From positions 1 through 51,845 of IMG/VR virus record IMGVR_UViG_3300035670_013246: a stretch of DNA of 51,845 nucleotides; one strand, 5' to 3'. Position numbers and translations under genes: made by a program. This DNA is from a virus. Its lineage: Duplodnaviria > Caudoviricetes. Numbering within the stretch: the stretch's first letter is position 1; each line of letters opens with the position of its first letter. Positions 9,047 to 16,910 of this stretch are shown piece by piece. The notes under the pieces were generated by a model. The model made no database searches, was not told the DNA's origin, and was given only the letters and a program-made list of their open reading frames with translations.

Positions 9047-9334
9047 ATGAAATTCGATAGCGTGTTCGCCGGGGTTCATTACTTCCTGTCTGCAACTTCA
9101 CTCGGCGAAGGCCCCTGGCAGGGCGAGGCTAATGTTCGTGTTAAGGCGGGCTCCGCGTACAGGTCAAAACAAATACCAACCACCCAGAATTTGCGAACCA
9201 GCGCCGACGCTATGCGTGGCGCCGAAGAACAACTCAAGGCTCTATGTCTTAGCGGCGTACTGCGGGTAGCTGTTCCTGCTGCCTATGAAGAGCTTGCCGG
9301 CCCCCAACCTGAGCTGATATCAGGCAGCAGATGA
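9047..9334 (+). CDS. Hypothetical protein in an antisense cassette
   Basis: 95-aa [12 protein letters not shown] with purine-rich RBS; converges on the yejK-like stop. Confidence 0.6.
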   Translation: MKFDSVFAGVHYFLSATSLGEGPWQGEANVRVKAGSAYRSKQIPTTQNLRTSADAMRGAEEQLKALCLSGVLRVAVPAAYEELAGPQPELISGSR

Positions 9335-10330
9335 ACGCTTGAGCTGGTCAATCAGCTGAGTCGGTAGGTTCTTAATGGTGAGGCTGGCGCTGTCCTGGTC
9401 GAACTCGACGCGCTTGCCGAGCAGATGGGCCTCGAAGCTGATTGACATCCCTTCGGCGCGCCCGGTGTAGCGTCGGTACTGGTTGAGGGTGCGCTTGTCG
9501 GCTGCGAAGCACTCGGAGATCCCGTATTCCCCTGCCCGGATAAATTCGGCGAAGGTCTTGGGGCTGTCCTCGTTCATCAACTCAGATAGTTCGTCCAGGC
9601 TGATAGGCTCGTCGATCTTTCCTTGTGCCTGTGCGTAGGCCACCAGGTTGTGGCTTTTCTCGCTGGCGGTGTCGTCTGCCAGATCCTCGGCCTTCACGAA
9701 GTCGGCGAAGGCCTTGAGCAGGGTGCGGGTTTCGCCCGGGGCGTCGACTCCTTCCTGCGCTCCAATGAAGTCGCGGAAGTAGGCGGTAGACTTGCGACCG
9801 CCCTTCGGCTTGATGAAGGAAACGTACTGCCGCGACGCCGGGTTGTTCTTCCACTCGCTCAGGTTGATTCGAGCGGCGAAGTGCAATGTTCGGGTGTCGA
9901 TCTGGCGGGATGTGGCAACGGTCAGGTCATGGGCAACGGCTACCGTATCAACCTGTTGAAGGATTGCGATCATCAGGTAGTCAGTCATGCCCTGGGTGTA
10001 GAGTGCGAACAGAACGTGACCACCGACAGACAGGTTCAACTCCTCCATCAGCTTCGTTAAGTGCTCCGCTCCGGTCCTGGTGAAGTCGAGGAACGCTATT
10101 TCGTCGATCATGACCTTGCCCAGCCACCCGCTGAGTGGATAGGCGCCGGACGCGGGGTGGAAGAAGCCCCAGCCCTTTCCGGTCTTGGCGTTGTAGGTGC
10201 CATTAACGTCGCAAAGCAGGTTTTGGATAGCGGCGCTGTCCGGAAGCTCCGAACTGGCCAGGTGCAGGACCGCTGGGCTGCCGTCCGGCTTCTTGTCGAT
10301 AAAGTGCATCACTGCGTGGCGAATGGGCAT
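9320..10330 (-). CDS. Nucleoid-associated protein YejK/NdpA family (phage copy)
   Basis: [62 protein letters not shown]. Confidence 0.88.
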   Translation of the reverse strand: MPIRHAVMHFIDKKPDGSPAVLHLASSELPDSAAIQNLLCDVNGTYNAKTGKGWGFFHPASGAYPLSGWLGKVMIDEIAFLDFTRTGAEHLTKLMEELNLSVGGHVLFALYTQGMTDYLMIAILQQVDTVAVAHDLTVATSRQIDTRTLHFAARINLSEWKNNPASRQYVSFIKPKGGRKSTAYFRDFIGAQEGVDAPGETRTLLKAFADFVKAEDLADDTASEKSHNLVAYAQAQGKIDEPISLDELSELMNEDSPKTFAEFIRAGEYGISECFAADKRTLNQYRRYTGRAEGMSISFEAHLLGKRVEFDQDSASLTIKNLPTQLIDQLKRSSAA

Positions 10331-10407
10331 GGGTGATTCTCCGTGGCCGGCATGCGGCATGGTGGCAATGAGTCTGTTTTGTCTGGATCGCCTGTCACGG
10401 CGACATG

Positions 10408-10656
10408 TCACGTTGTGCGAATCAGCCTTTCGAGCTGCTTGTCCGTGAGGCGATCGGCGCCGTGGATGAGGCGCGAAATCAGGTCCTGCTCTTCCTCGAT
10501 CCCGGCGCGGGCCATCGAGCGTTTAAGTGCGTTGTCCGTGTTGTGATAGAGGTCCGTGACAATGCGGCGTGACAGCAAAAGGGCTTCGCGCTCTTCCTTC
10601 GTCAGCTTGTCCCGCTCGCGCTGTTCTTGCTTGCGCTGGGTTGGCGTCTTCGCCAT
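10408..10656 (-). CDS. Hypothetical basic phage protein
   Basis: 82 aa, [17 protein letters not shown]; GGAGG RBS. Confidence 0.7.
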   Translation of the reverse strand: MAKTPTQRKQEQRERDKLTKEEREALLLSRRIVTDLYHNTDNALKRSMARAGIEEEQDLISRLIHGADRLTDKQLERLIRTT

Positions 10657-10737
10657 TGCTGATACCTCCCAAGCCGCTGGGCGGCAGATTGATGTGCTGC
10701 TGGCGCCGGCCGTGGCGGACGCGCGCGGTGATGCGTT

Positions 10738-10899
10738 TCAAGCGGAAAGCTCCATGTCTCGGTCATGCCAGCCGGCAAGCCACCAACCGCAGTTCACCGT
10801 TAGCCAGTCGTAAGGTTGGGCATCGCGTGACTGGCTGTTGTCGCGGCAGGCGCGGCCGAGGTAGTACGCGGGTGGGTGAACACGCTGCCGGCGCTTCAT
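10738..10899 (-). CDS. Rmf/CrpP-fold-like 53-aa protein
   Basis: Manual translation MKRRQRVHPPAYYLGRACRDNSQSRDAQPYDWLTVNCGWWLAGWHDRDMELSA; starts 2 bp after the ssb stop. Confidence 0.65.
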   Translation of the reverse strand: MKRRQRVHPPAYYLGRACRDNSQSRDAQPYDWLTVNCGWWLAGWHDRDMELSA

Positions 10900-10901
10900 C
10901 T

Positions 10902-11399
10902 CTACGCGCCGGCGAGGTAGTGGAGCGGGGCGAACGGGATGTCGTCGTCAAAGCTGTCGTGATCCGGCGGCGCGGCCTGCTGGTTCTGCTGCTGAGGCGT
11001 TGGCCGGCGCTGCTGCGGCTGCCGATCTGGCACTTGCCCGGGCTGCTGACCCTGCGGCCGGCTGCCGAGCAGCTGCATCGTTCCGCGCATGTCGACGTGC
11101 ACCTCAGTGCTGTAGCGCTTGATGCCGTCCTTCTCCCACTCGCGAGTTTGCAGCTTGCCTTCGATGTAGCACTGCGAGCCCTTGCGCAGATATTCGCCGG
11201 CGATCTCCGCGACCTTGCCAAACAGCGAAACACGGTGCCACTCGGTGCGCTCGACCTTCTGCCCCGACTGTTTGTCAGTCCACTGCTCGCTGGTGGCCAG
11301 GCTCAGGTTGGTTACGGCGTTGCCGTTCGGCAAGTAGCGCACGTCCGGGTCTTGGCCGCAGGTTCCGACCAAGATGACCTTGTTGACCCCGCGACTCAT
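10902..11399 (-). CDS. ssb: Single-stranded DNA-binding protein
   Basis: [33 protein letters not shown]. Confidence 0.95.
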   Translation of the reverse strand: MSRGVNKVILVGTCGQDPDVRYLPNGNAVTNLSLATSEQWTDKQSGQKVERTEWHRVSLFGKVAEIAGEYLRKGSQCYIEGKLQTREWEKDGIKRYSTEVHVDMRGTMQLLGSRPQGQQPGQVPDRQPQQRRPTPQQQNQQAAPPDHDSFDDDIPFAPLHYLAGA

Positions 11400-11749
11400 G
11401 ACTGAGCAACCGCTGCCGCAACGATGAACAGCAGGGCCATGAGTGAGCACCAGCGCGTCGCGCTCTCGCCGACCTGGCGGGCCCTCACCAGGGCAACAAC
11501 AGGCAGGGCTTTCGCCTCGATGGCGCGCTCCAGACTTTCCGCATAGCGAACTGCCTGTGGATAGCTGGTGTTGCGGCCGTAGACCCGATTGTCGCGGGAC
11601 GAGACCACCATCCAGCCGTTCCCGGCCTTGGTTACGGTGAAACGCGACTTGGCGTGGAATGCCTCGGTAGCGGTGATGACTTCCTGGCGGAGCGTTTCGA
11701 GCCCGGCCTTGCTCTGTTCAATGGCTGTTTGCATGGTGGTATTCCTCAT
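11396..11749 (-). CDS. Hypothetical protein with C-terminal hydrophobic segment
   Basis: 117-aa ORF (alternative start 11734) coupled to ssb. Confidence 0.65.
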   Translation of the reverse strand: MRNTTMQTAIEQSKAGLETLRQEVITATEAFHAKSRFTVTKAGNGWMVVSSRDNRVYGRNTSYPQAVRYAESLERAIEAKALPVVALVRARQVGESATRWCSLMALLFIVAAAVAQS

Positions 11750-11754
11750 TGTGA

Positions 11755-12138
11755 TCAGGCGTGGAGCTCGAAGGCCTCGGCCTTGCGAACGATTCGAACT
11801 TGGGCGGTGCGGCGCTCTGGCGCGCGGCGGTCTCGGCGCATGGGGTCGCTGTCGTTGATCACCGCATGCATGGCGATGAGGCAGGCGAGGGCGATGCAGA
11901 GCGGGCTGATGAGCTGTTGGCGCATGGCCTTAGTGACCGCCTCGATGCGCCGGCCGGCTTCCAGCTTGAACAGCGCTGCCTCGATCCGGTTGGCCACGGT
12001 GCCCGGGCTGACCGCCATCTGGCGGGCGATTTCCTTCGTAGTGAGGCCTTGAGCCACCCACAGCAGTGCTTCGAGCTCACGGGGAGCCAGCGCCTTGCCG
12101 AGCTGGCCAATCCATGAGCCGCAAGTGATCGTTTCCAT
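11755..12138 (-). CDS. LuxR-type HTH transcriptional regulator
   Basis: LAPRELEALLWVAQGLTTKEIARQMAVSPGTVANRIEAALFKL; GAGGA RBS. Confidence 0.88.
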   Translation of the reverse strand: METITCGSWIGQLGKALAPRELEALLWVAQGLTTKEIARQMAVSPGTVANRIEAALFKLEAGRRIEAVTKAMRQQLISPLCIALACLIAMHAVINDSDPMRRDRRAPERRTAQVRIVRKAEAFELHA

Positions 12139-12152
12139 GATTGTCCTCAGCA

Positions 12153-12471
12153 ACCGCATTGGTCAGGCGCCAAGCGCGGGTGACCAGACCCACCGTGAAG
12201 GTGGCCTGGCGCCTGCCAATGCGGTCGTATGTGAAGGGAAGGGGTGCAGGCGGTGAGCGCTACCTCACATGCATCTGGTCTGGCCGGGTAGGCCCCGGAT
12301 TCGCCTGCGTGTACGTCGATTAATCTTTACTGCGGTGAGCCTTAACTTGGATAAGGCTTACGGTGATGCGCTTTAAACTGGTGAAAACTGCATCGGGGTG
12401 TGATCTGCATGACGTTTGTCGCCCATTGCTCTCGCGCTGGGTGACGGTACTCAGATCACACACCGATGCAG
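12153..12471 (-). ncRNA. Strongly structured non-coding segment of the PL transcript
   Basis: Stems 12153-12172/12207-12225 and 12388-12407/12452-12471 (19/20 complementary), plus smaller hairpins. Confidence 0.45.
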
Positions 12472-12506
12472 CCTGCGATGGGTAGCAGGGCGTCGGGCAG
12501 TTAACT

Positions 12507-12731
12507 TCAGGCTGACGTGGAGCAGGCTTCAAAGGCAGCCCGTTCCAGCTCGAGACATTGCTCGTAATGAGCCATCGCGATGGGCATGTGATAGCTATCC
12601 AGCGGCCATTTGCTGACCTTGCAGCCTTGGCCTGCCGGGCAGTGGAAGACGAACAGCTCGCCCTCGCTCTTGTCCATCTCCAGGCTCACTTGGGCACCGC
12701 TATCGAAGCGGTCTTGGATAATCGTGGTCAT
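12507..12731 (-). CDS. Hypothetical protein, first clear gene of the PL operon
   Basis: 74-aa ORF MTTIIQDRFDSGAQV. Confidence 0.6.
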   Translation of the reverse strand: MTTIIQDRFDSGAQVSLEMDKSEGELFVFHCPAGQGCKVSKWPLDSYHMPIAMAHYEQCLELERAAFEACSTSA

Positions 12732-13002
12732 CTCTACATGCTCCGCTATCGGTTGATTTCCCGCCTGGCCCTGTCGCCAAGGCCAGTCAGTGAAATCTGT
12801 TGTCCGCACCATGCGCGGCGCCGCGGTATCCCCACCTGGCCGGGTCACACATTTCGTGTTCGGTGTTCTTCCCGGCTGGCTTGCATGGTTAGGCGTCCCT
12901 CAATGCCTGAGGTCCGGCAGCTATCCAGAGGCTGCGTGGTCGACGACTTAGCTTGTCCCGACCCAGGTAATGGCCTGGGTGCGTCGAGGTGGTCACGTCT
13001 GG

Positions 13003-13016
13003 TTGTGTAAAGAGCG
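13003..13016 (-). promoter_or_regulatory. boxA-like antitermination element CGCTCTTTACACAA
   Basis: Resembles lambda/rrn boxA, about 45 nt into the predicted PL transcript. Confidence 0.6.
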
Positions 13017-13068
13017 GTGGCCGGTGAGGGCCTCGGCAGTCCCTGGTGAGTGGCTGCGTGTTGAGGCA

Positions 13069-13097
13069 AATATCACGCATCGTGTTTTTTATGTCAA
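13069..13097 (-). promoter_or_regulatory. PL-like sigma70 promoter
   Basis: TTGACA (13097-13092), 17-bp spacer, GATATT (13074-13069). Confidence 0.85.
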
Positions 13098-13177
13098 CAC
13101 AATGTGTGATTTATTTTGCCTGAGGTTGTGTTGGGGATTTTCCCTACGAGGCGGGTTCACGTTTCACGAGGCGTGAT
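13072..13177. promoter_or_regulatory. OL operators (WWCAC-N5-GTGWW)
   Basis: ATCACGCATCGTGTT 13072-13086, AACACAATGTGTGAT 13096-13110, TTCACGAGGCGTGAT 13163-13177; the same motif occurs between cI and cro. Confidence 0.8.
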
Positions 13178-13195
13178 GTAAGCTCATTGCAATAG

Positions 13196-13211
13196 CTGGA
13201 TGGATATACAG
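13196..13211. promoter_or_regulatory. LexA (SOS) box
   Basis: CTGGATGGATATACAG = CTG-N10-CAG, immediately before the RBS of the 13227 gene. Confidence 0.7.
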
Positions 13212-13226
13212 TAAAGGAGATAGCTT

Positions 13227-13553
13227 ATGTCCAAGCAGAAGAAGACGGCACCACAAGGACGCCAAGAGATGAGCGGGGTAGAGCGGCTCGGGCTGCGGAT
13301 TTCGTCGATGATCAATCACCCCATTGCACAGTCTCAGCGGTGGGTGACAATCCATCGCCTGGACACGGATGGAGACATGGAGTGGGAGGAGGTGATGGGG
13401 CTGTTAACCGAAACGCCAGAGCTAGACCTGACTTTCAACGACGACGAGAGCGTGACGGTTCGGTGGGAGCCGCAGAGCGCCGAGGATCGCGACGACCTGG
13501 TCGTGGAGAAGGACTGGGAGGAGGAGGTGGTGGAGGAAGAGGCGCCTTTCTGA
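13227..13553 (+). CDS. DUF1654-family protein
   Basis: ERLGLRISSMINHPIAQ.QRWVTIHRLDTDGD.EWEEV pattern; AAGGAG RBS. Confidence 0.75.
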   Translation: MSKQKKTAPQGRQEMSGVERLGLRISSMINHPIAQSQRWVTIHRLDTDGDMEWEEVMGLLTETPELDLTFNDDESVTVRWEPQSAEDRDDLVVEKDWEEEVVEEEAPF

Positions 13554-13574
13554 TCGTCTCTAGAGATCGTAATA

Positions 13575-13590
13575 CTGGTTGGATGTACAG
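13575..13590. promoter_or_regulatory. Second LexA-like box
   Basis: CTGGTTGGATGTACAG (CTG-N10-CAG), followed by TTGACA at 13601-13606. Confidence 0.5.
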
Positions 13591-13778
13591 CCTTGCTGCC
13601 TTGACAAAAAATATTTTTGATAAAACGCAGCGAAACCACTGTCAAGACGATACGGTTGAGGATATAAGACGTGCGTGTGAGCGCGTGAGATTGCTTGCAC
13701 AGAACGAAGCATGTCCGTGAAGCCGCAGGAAACTAGGCCAAGATCGGCCTAAGCTACAGACTTAAGGAGAAGGCTCAC

Positions 13779-13961
13779 ATGCTGGAGATAGCTATGGCAC
13801 ACACTAAACCAGGGGCAATTCGTCCAAACGCGAAAAATGGAAACGTGAGCGCTGTGGTCAGTAGAAGAAGCTATTCTGCCCACACGAAGCAGGTTAACAA
13901 CGCGTTCTTGATTATATTTGCGCAATACGAACGTGCCTTTGAAGAATTGGCGAAAGTTTGA
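13779..13961 (+). CDS. Putative Doc antitoxin peptide (alternative start 13794)
   Basis: Small ORF 1 bp upstream of doc. Its C-terminus QYERAFEELAKV resembles the neutralising tail of Doc-associated antitoxins. Both ATGs have GGAG RBSs. Confidence 0.7.
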   Translation: MLEIAMAHTKPGAIRPNAKNGNVSAVVSRRSYSAHTKQVNNAFLIIFAQYERAFEELAKV

Positions 13962-13962
13962 T

Positions 13963-14448
13963 ATGGCTGGATCTGCAAATGTAATTCAATGGCTAAGTGA
14001 ATCAGACATAGCGTCGCTCAATCATAATTTGATTGATGCTCAAACTCCGATGGAGCCAGTGGGGGTCCTGAATCTTTCAGGGCTCTCATCCGCTCAATAT
14101 CGAGCTATTCAGTATCAAAATTACGCTGGCGTCAGCGATATTTTTGTACTGGGTGCAGTTTTTTCCGAAGCGTTGGTCCAAAATCATCCATTTTTTAATG
14201 CTAATAAAAGAACTGCGGCTGCGGCCGTGATGGTGTTTTTGCTAATTAATGGAGTGATGCTTAAGGCGCCATGGGAGCAAGTGGTTGAGATGTTTGAGGG
14301 GCTTGCCAAGCACACTTTTGACATTGATGATTTCTCCTGCTGGCTTAAGCACTGGAGTGTAAAGTTTGACGTTTCTCAGCTCGACGAGCTGGCTGCTGAC
14401 GCGTATTACAATAACGAAACACTCAAATCTAAATTTTCAAAGCTCTAA
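13963..14448 (+). CDS. Doc/Fic-family toxin 1
   Basis: NHPFFNANKRTA Doc-type motif followed by FLLING. Confidence 0.9.
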   Translation: MAGSANVIQWLSESDIASLNHNLIDAQTPMEPVGVLNLSGLSSAQYRAIQYQNYAGVSDIFVLGAVFSEALVQNHPFFNANKRTAAAAVMVFLLINGVMLKAPWEQVVEMFEGLAKHTFDIDDFSCWLKHWSVKFDVSQLDELAADAYYNNETLKSKFSKL

Positions 14449-14466
14449 AGCTTTTCCGAGGGGAAG

Positions 14467-15195
14467 ATGGACAGGGAGTTGGTAGAAAGTATCCACCTGT
14501 ATTTGGTTGATCACTTTGCGGATTCGGATGACCCTTTAGAACCCTCTGGAGTTAAGGACTACAATCTGCTTGAATCAGCATGCGCCAGACCTTTTCAAAC
14601 AGTTCATGGCAGAGATGCCTATGAAACGGAGTACGAAAAGGGGGCCGCGATCTTCCATGGGATCATCGCAAATCATTGCTTTCATAACGGTAATAAGCGA
14701 ACCGCTCTCCTGAGCGCGCTATATTATCTAGGTGAAAACAATATTTGGGTTGATCGCTGCAATGATGACGATATGTTTGAGTTTACTCGGCAAATTGCAG
14801 CTCATGAAATAGCAGAAAAGCGTGAAGATGAAATTTCAGTAATAGTCGACTGGCTTCTTCGGAATTCACGAAAAATCATGAAATCCGACAAGTATCTTTC
14901 TTTCAGTGATTTGCGAGAAAAACTGGGAAGGTTTGACTTTGAGCTCTCGGAGCGGAACGGATTAGTGGATGTCCTCAAGGAAGGGGAAATCGTTACAAGG
15001 ATTTTAAAGAAGGGTAAACACGGACGGGAAGAATATGATCCTGTCTATGTGGCAGATCTCCGGAAGCGTCTTCAGTTGACCGTTGACTATGGTGTTGACT
15101 CTGGCCGATTCTATGGGCAAAAGGGTGTTTCAGAAGAGCTGAATGAATTTATGCACATCCGCGGCGCAGTTTTTCGGAGACTGGCAACGGCCTGA
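14467..15195 (+). CDS. Doc/Fic-family protein 2 with ~105-aa C-terminal extension
   Basis: GVKDYNLLESACARP and NHCFHNGNKRTA; GAGGGG RBS. Confidence 0.9.
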   Translation: MDRELVESIHLYLVDHFADSDDPLEPSGVKDYNLLESACARPFQTVHGRDAYETEYEKGAAIFHGIIANHCFHNGNKRTALLSALYYLGENNIWVDRCNDDDMFEFTRQIAAHEIAEKREDEISVIVDWLLRNSRKIMKSDKYLSFSDLREKLGRFDFELSERNGLVDVLKEGEIVTRILKKGKHGREEYDPVYVADLRKRLQLTVDYGVDSGRFYGQKGVSEELNEFMHIRGAVFRRLATA

Positions 15196-15346
15196 CTCTT
15201 CTTGGATTTCCGGCGTTCCGCAGAGTGGGCGCTCCCCTTGACTCACTCTTCGCAGCCAAACTATCACATCAAGTGAGCATTCCACACCAGCAGAACCCGG
15301 ACCTAGATGTAGGCACCTTCCCGTCGAAACTTCGCATCTGCCGGAT

Positions 15347-15571
15347 CTATTCCTTTGCCCGAATGATCCGCCCCGCCTTCACCTCATCCCCATACCCTAC
15401 CAACCGATCGGCAAGCTCATGCAGCTTCCCGACACGCTTCATCGCCTCCAGGAACTGGTCTTCCTCACCGCCTTGAGCCTTGTGGAAGATCTCCAGTGCG
15501 GCGCTTTCCAAGGCAAAAGCAGCATCCTTCAGGTCTCGGCGCAGCTGTTGGTTAGGCTTGGTTAGGGGCAT
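15347..15571 (-). CDS. Hypothetical helical protein
   Basis: 74-aa ORF MPLTKPNQQLRRDLK with GAGG RBS, downstream of cI. Confidence 0.7.
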   Translation of the reverse strand: MPLTKPNQQLRRDLKDAAFALESAALEIFHKAQGGEEDQFLEAMKRVGKLHELADRLVGYGDEVKAGRIIRAKE

Positions 15572-15585
15572 GGGAAGGCCTCAGT

Positions 15586-15918
15586 CTATCGGCAAGCTTC
15601 TGCGCCGACGTAATCGGCAATCGAACCACTCACAATGGGTCCCATTCGGGGATCAGGCTGAGACGCCTTCATTTGCTCCAGGGTTTCACCGCTGCCGAGG
15701 TACTTCACTGTGCGATCTGCGCAGTTGTACAGGCGTCGAGAATAGGACGTGCCACTCGATCCGACGCGCTTCGTCGTGATCGTACGCTCATTGCCAGAGG
15801 TATCCCGGGCCAAGATCGTATAGGCAGCCTTGGGGTCGGATGGCACGTGTAGCGTTGCGGCCACAGAAACCGCAGGAATCAAAGCAAAGCCAAATACAGC
15901 CAAAATCAGTCGCGACAT
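15586..15918 (-). CDS. Exported protein downstream of cI
   Basis: Signal peptide MSRLILAVFGFALIPAVSVA, two Cys, AAGGA RBS. Confidence 0.75.
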   Translation of the reverse strand: MSRLILAVFGFALIPAVSVAATLHVPSDPKAAYTILARDTSGNERTITTKRVGSSGTSYSRRLYNCADRTVKYLGSGETLEQMKASQPDPRMGPIVSGSIADYVGAEACR

Positions 15919-15999
15919 ATAGTTTCCTTGCTAATGGAGCCAACAATTAAAGCTGCCAGCTCGCCAAATCCTTGCCGATAATCCCCGCTCGCGGATGAT

Positions 16000-16806
16000 T
16001 CACACCAGGTGCGCATTCCACACCAGCAGCACTCGGGCCTGGATGTAGGTCTCATCAACTCGGATGTCCTCAGGCGGATGATTGGTGTTGTCCGAAATCA
16101 TCTTGAAGTGGTTGCGGCCCTTCTTCTGCAGACGCTTGATGTACTGATGACCCTGATGGGAGAAGTAGTAGATCCCGTCGCCCACGAACTCACGGATGCT
16201 GATGTCAACGACCAACGGGTCGCGGCTCTTGATGGTCGGGGCCATGGACTGACCGACACCCGTAATGAGCTTCAGGTGGAAGTGCTCTTTGAACTCGACC
16301 CCCATCTCTCGCAGGTGAGTAGGGCTGACGCGGATGTCCTGCAGCATTTCAGGGAAGTCGTGAGCTACTTCGCCATCGCCCATTGCTCCGCGCACGTCGT
16401 AGTGAGCAATCCACACCTCATCGCCCACGAGGCCTGGGCGAACGAAGTTAGCCGCGACGGCACTGCTGGCGCTCGGCTCCTCAGCCGCAGCAAGGAGGCG
16501 CTGACGGGCCTCTTCCGGAATGCCTTTGCCGCTCTTTGCGAGCATCTGCCTGACAAGATCAGTCGTACTCCGGGCTGGCGCCGAAACCTCGGTCACTGCC
16601 GCAGAGTTCAGGAGTAGCTCGGATTGGTCGACTCCAAGGGCAGCTGCCATAGCGGCAATATCCGCCAGCGTTGGCTCTCGCGTACCGGCTTCATAGTTTC
16701 CGACGCGTGACTGCGATTTCCAGCCGCAAGCATCTGCCAGCTGGGCCTGGGACATTCCCGTCGCTTTTCTCAAGCGCTTAATGCGCTGGCTCAGTGATTC
16801 ATTCAT
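16000..16806 (-). CDS. CI-like repressor (XRE HTH + S24 autopeptidase)
   Basis: N-terminal HTH SQAQLADACGWKSQSRVGNYEAGTREP; catalytic GQSM and IKRL. Confidence 0.93.
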   Translation of the reverse strand: MNESLSQRIKRLRKATGMSQAQLADACGWKSQSRVGNYEAGTREPTLADIAAMAAALGVDQSELLLNSAAVTEVSAPARSTTDLVRQMLAKSGKGIPEEARQRLLAAAEEPSASSAVAANFVRPGLVGDEVWIAHYDVRGAMGDGEVAHDFPEMLQDIRVSPTHLREMGVEFKEHFHLKLITGVGQSMAPTIKSRDPLVVDISIREFVGDGIYYFSHQGHQYIKRLQKKGRNHFKMISDNTNHPPEDIRVDETYIQARVLLVWNAHLV

Positions 16807-16818
16807 GCGCGGGATTTC

Positions 16819-16884
16819 ATCACGAAATGAAATACACGGCTTTCACTTATTGTGATTGATATTAACACGATGCGTGTTTATCCT
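16819..16884 (+). promoter_or_regulatory. OR3-OR2-OR1 operators and PR promoter
   Basis: Sites at 16819-16833 (degenerate), 16842-16856 and 16864-16878; TTGATA 16856-16861, 17-bp spacer, TATCCT 16879-16884. Confidence 0.8.
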
Positions 16885-16910
16885 GAGTGCTAGTCATTGA
16901 GGAACCCCGA

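Noticed and set aside
10523-10741. 72-aa - strand ORF MKRITARVRHG
   Set aside because: It largely overlaps the better-supported 10408-10656 gene and has a TTG start; cannot be supported, though the start does overlap the upstream stop.
13601-13630. TTGACA as a complete sigma70 promoter for the Doc operon
   Set aside because: No good -10 at 16-18 bp spacing (TAAAAC is at 14 bp), so it is not called as a promoter.
15127-15150. Class III Fic inhibitory motif (S/T)xxxE(G/N) in the Doc2 tail
   Set aside because: VSEELNEF does not fit the spacing; the tail better resembles a Doc-antitoxin helix.
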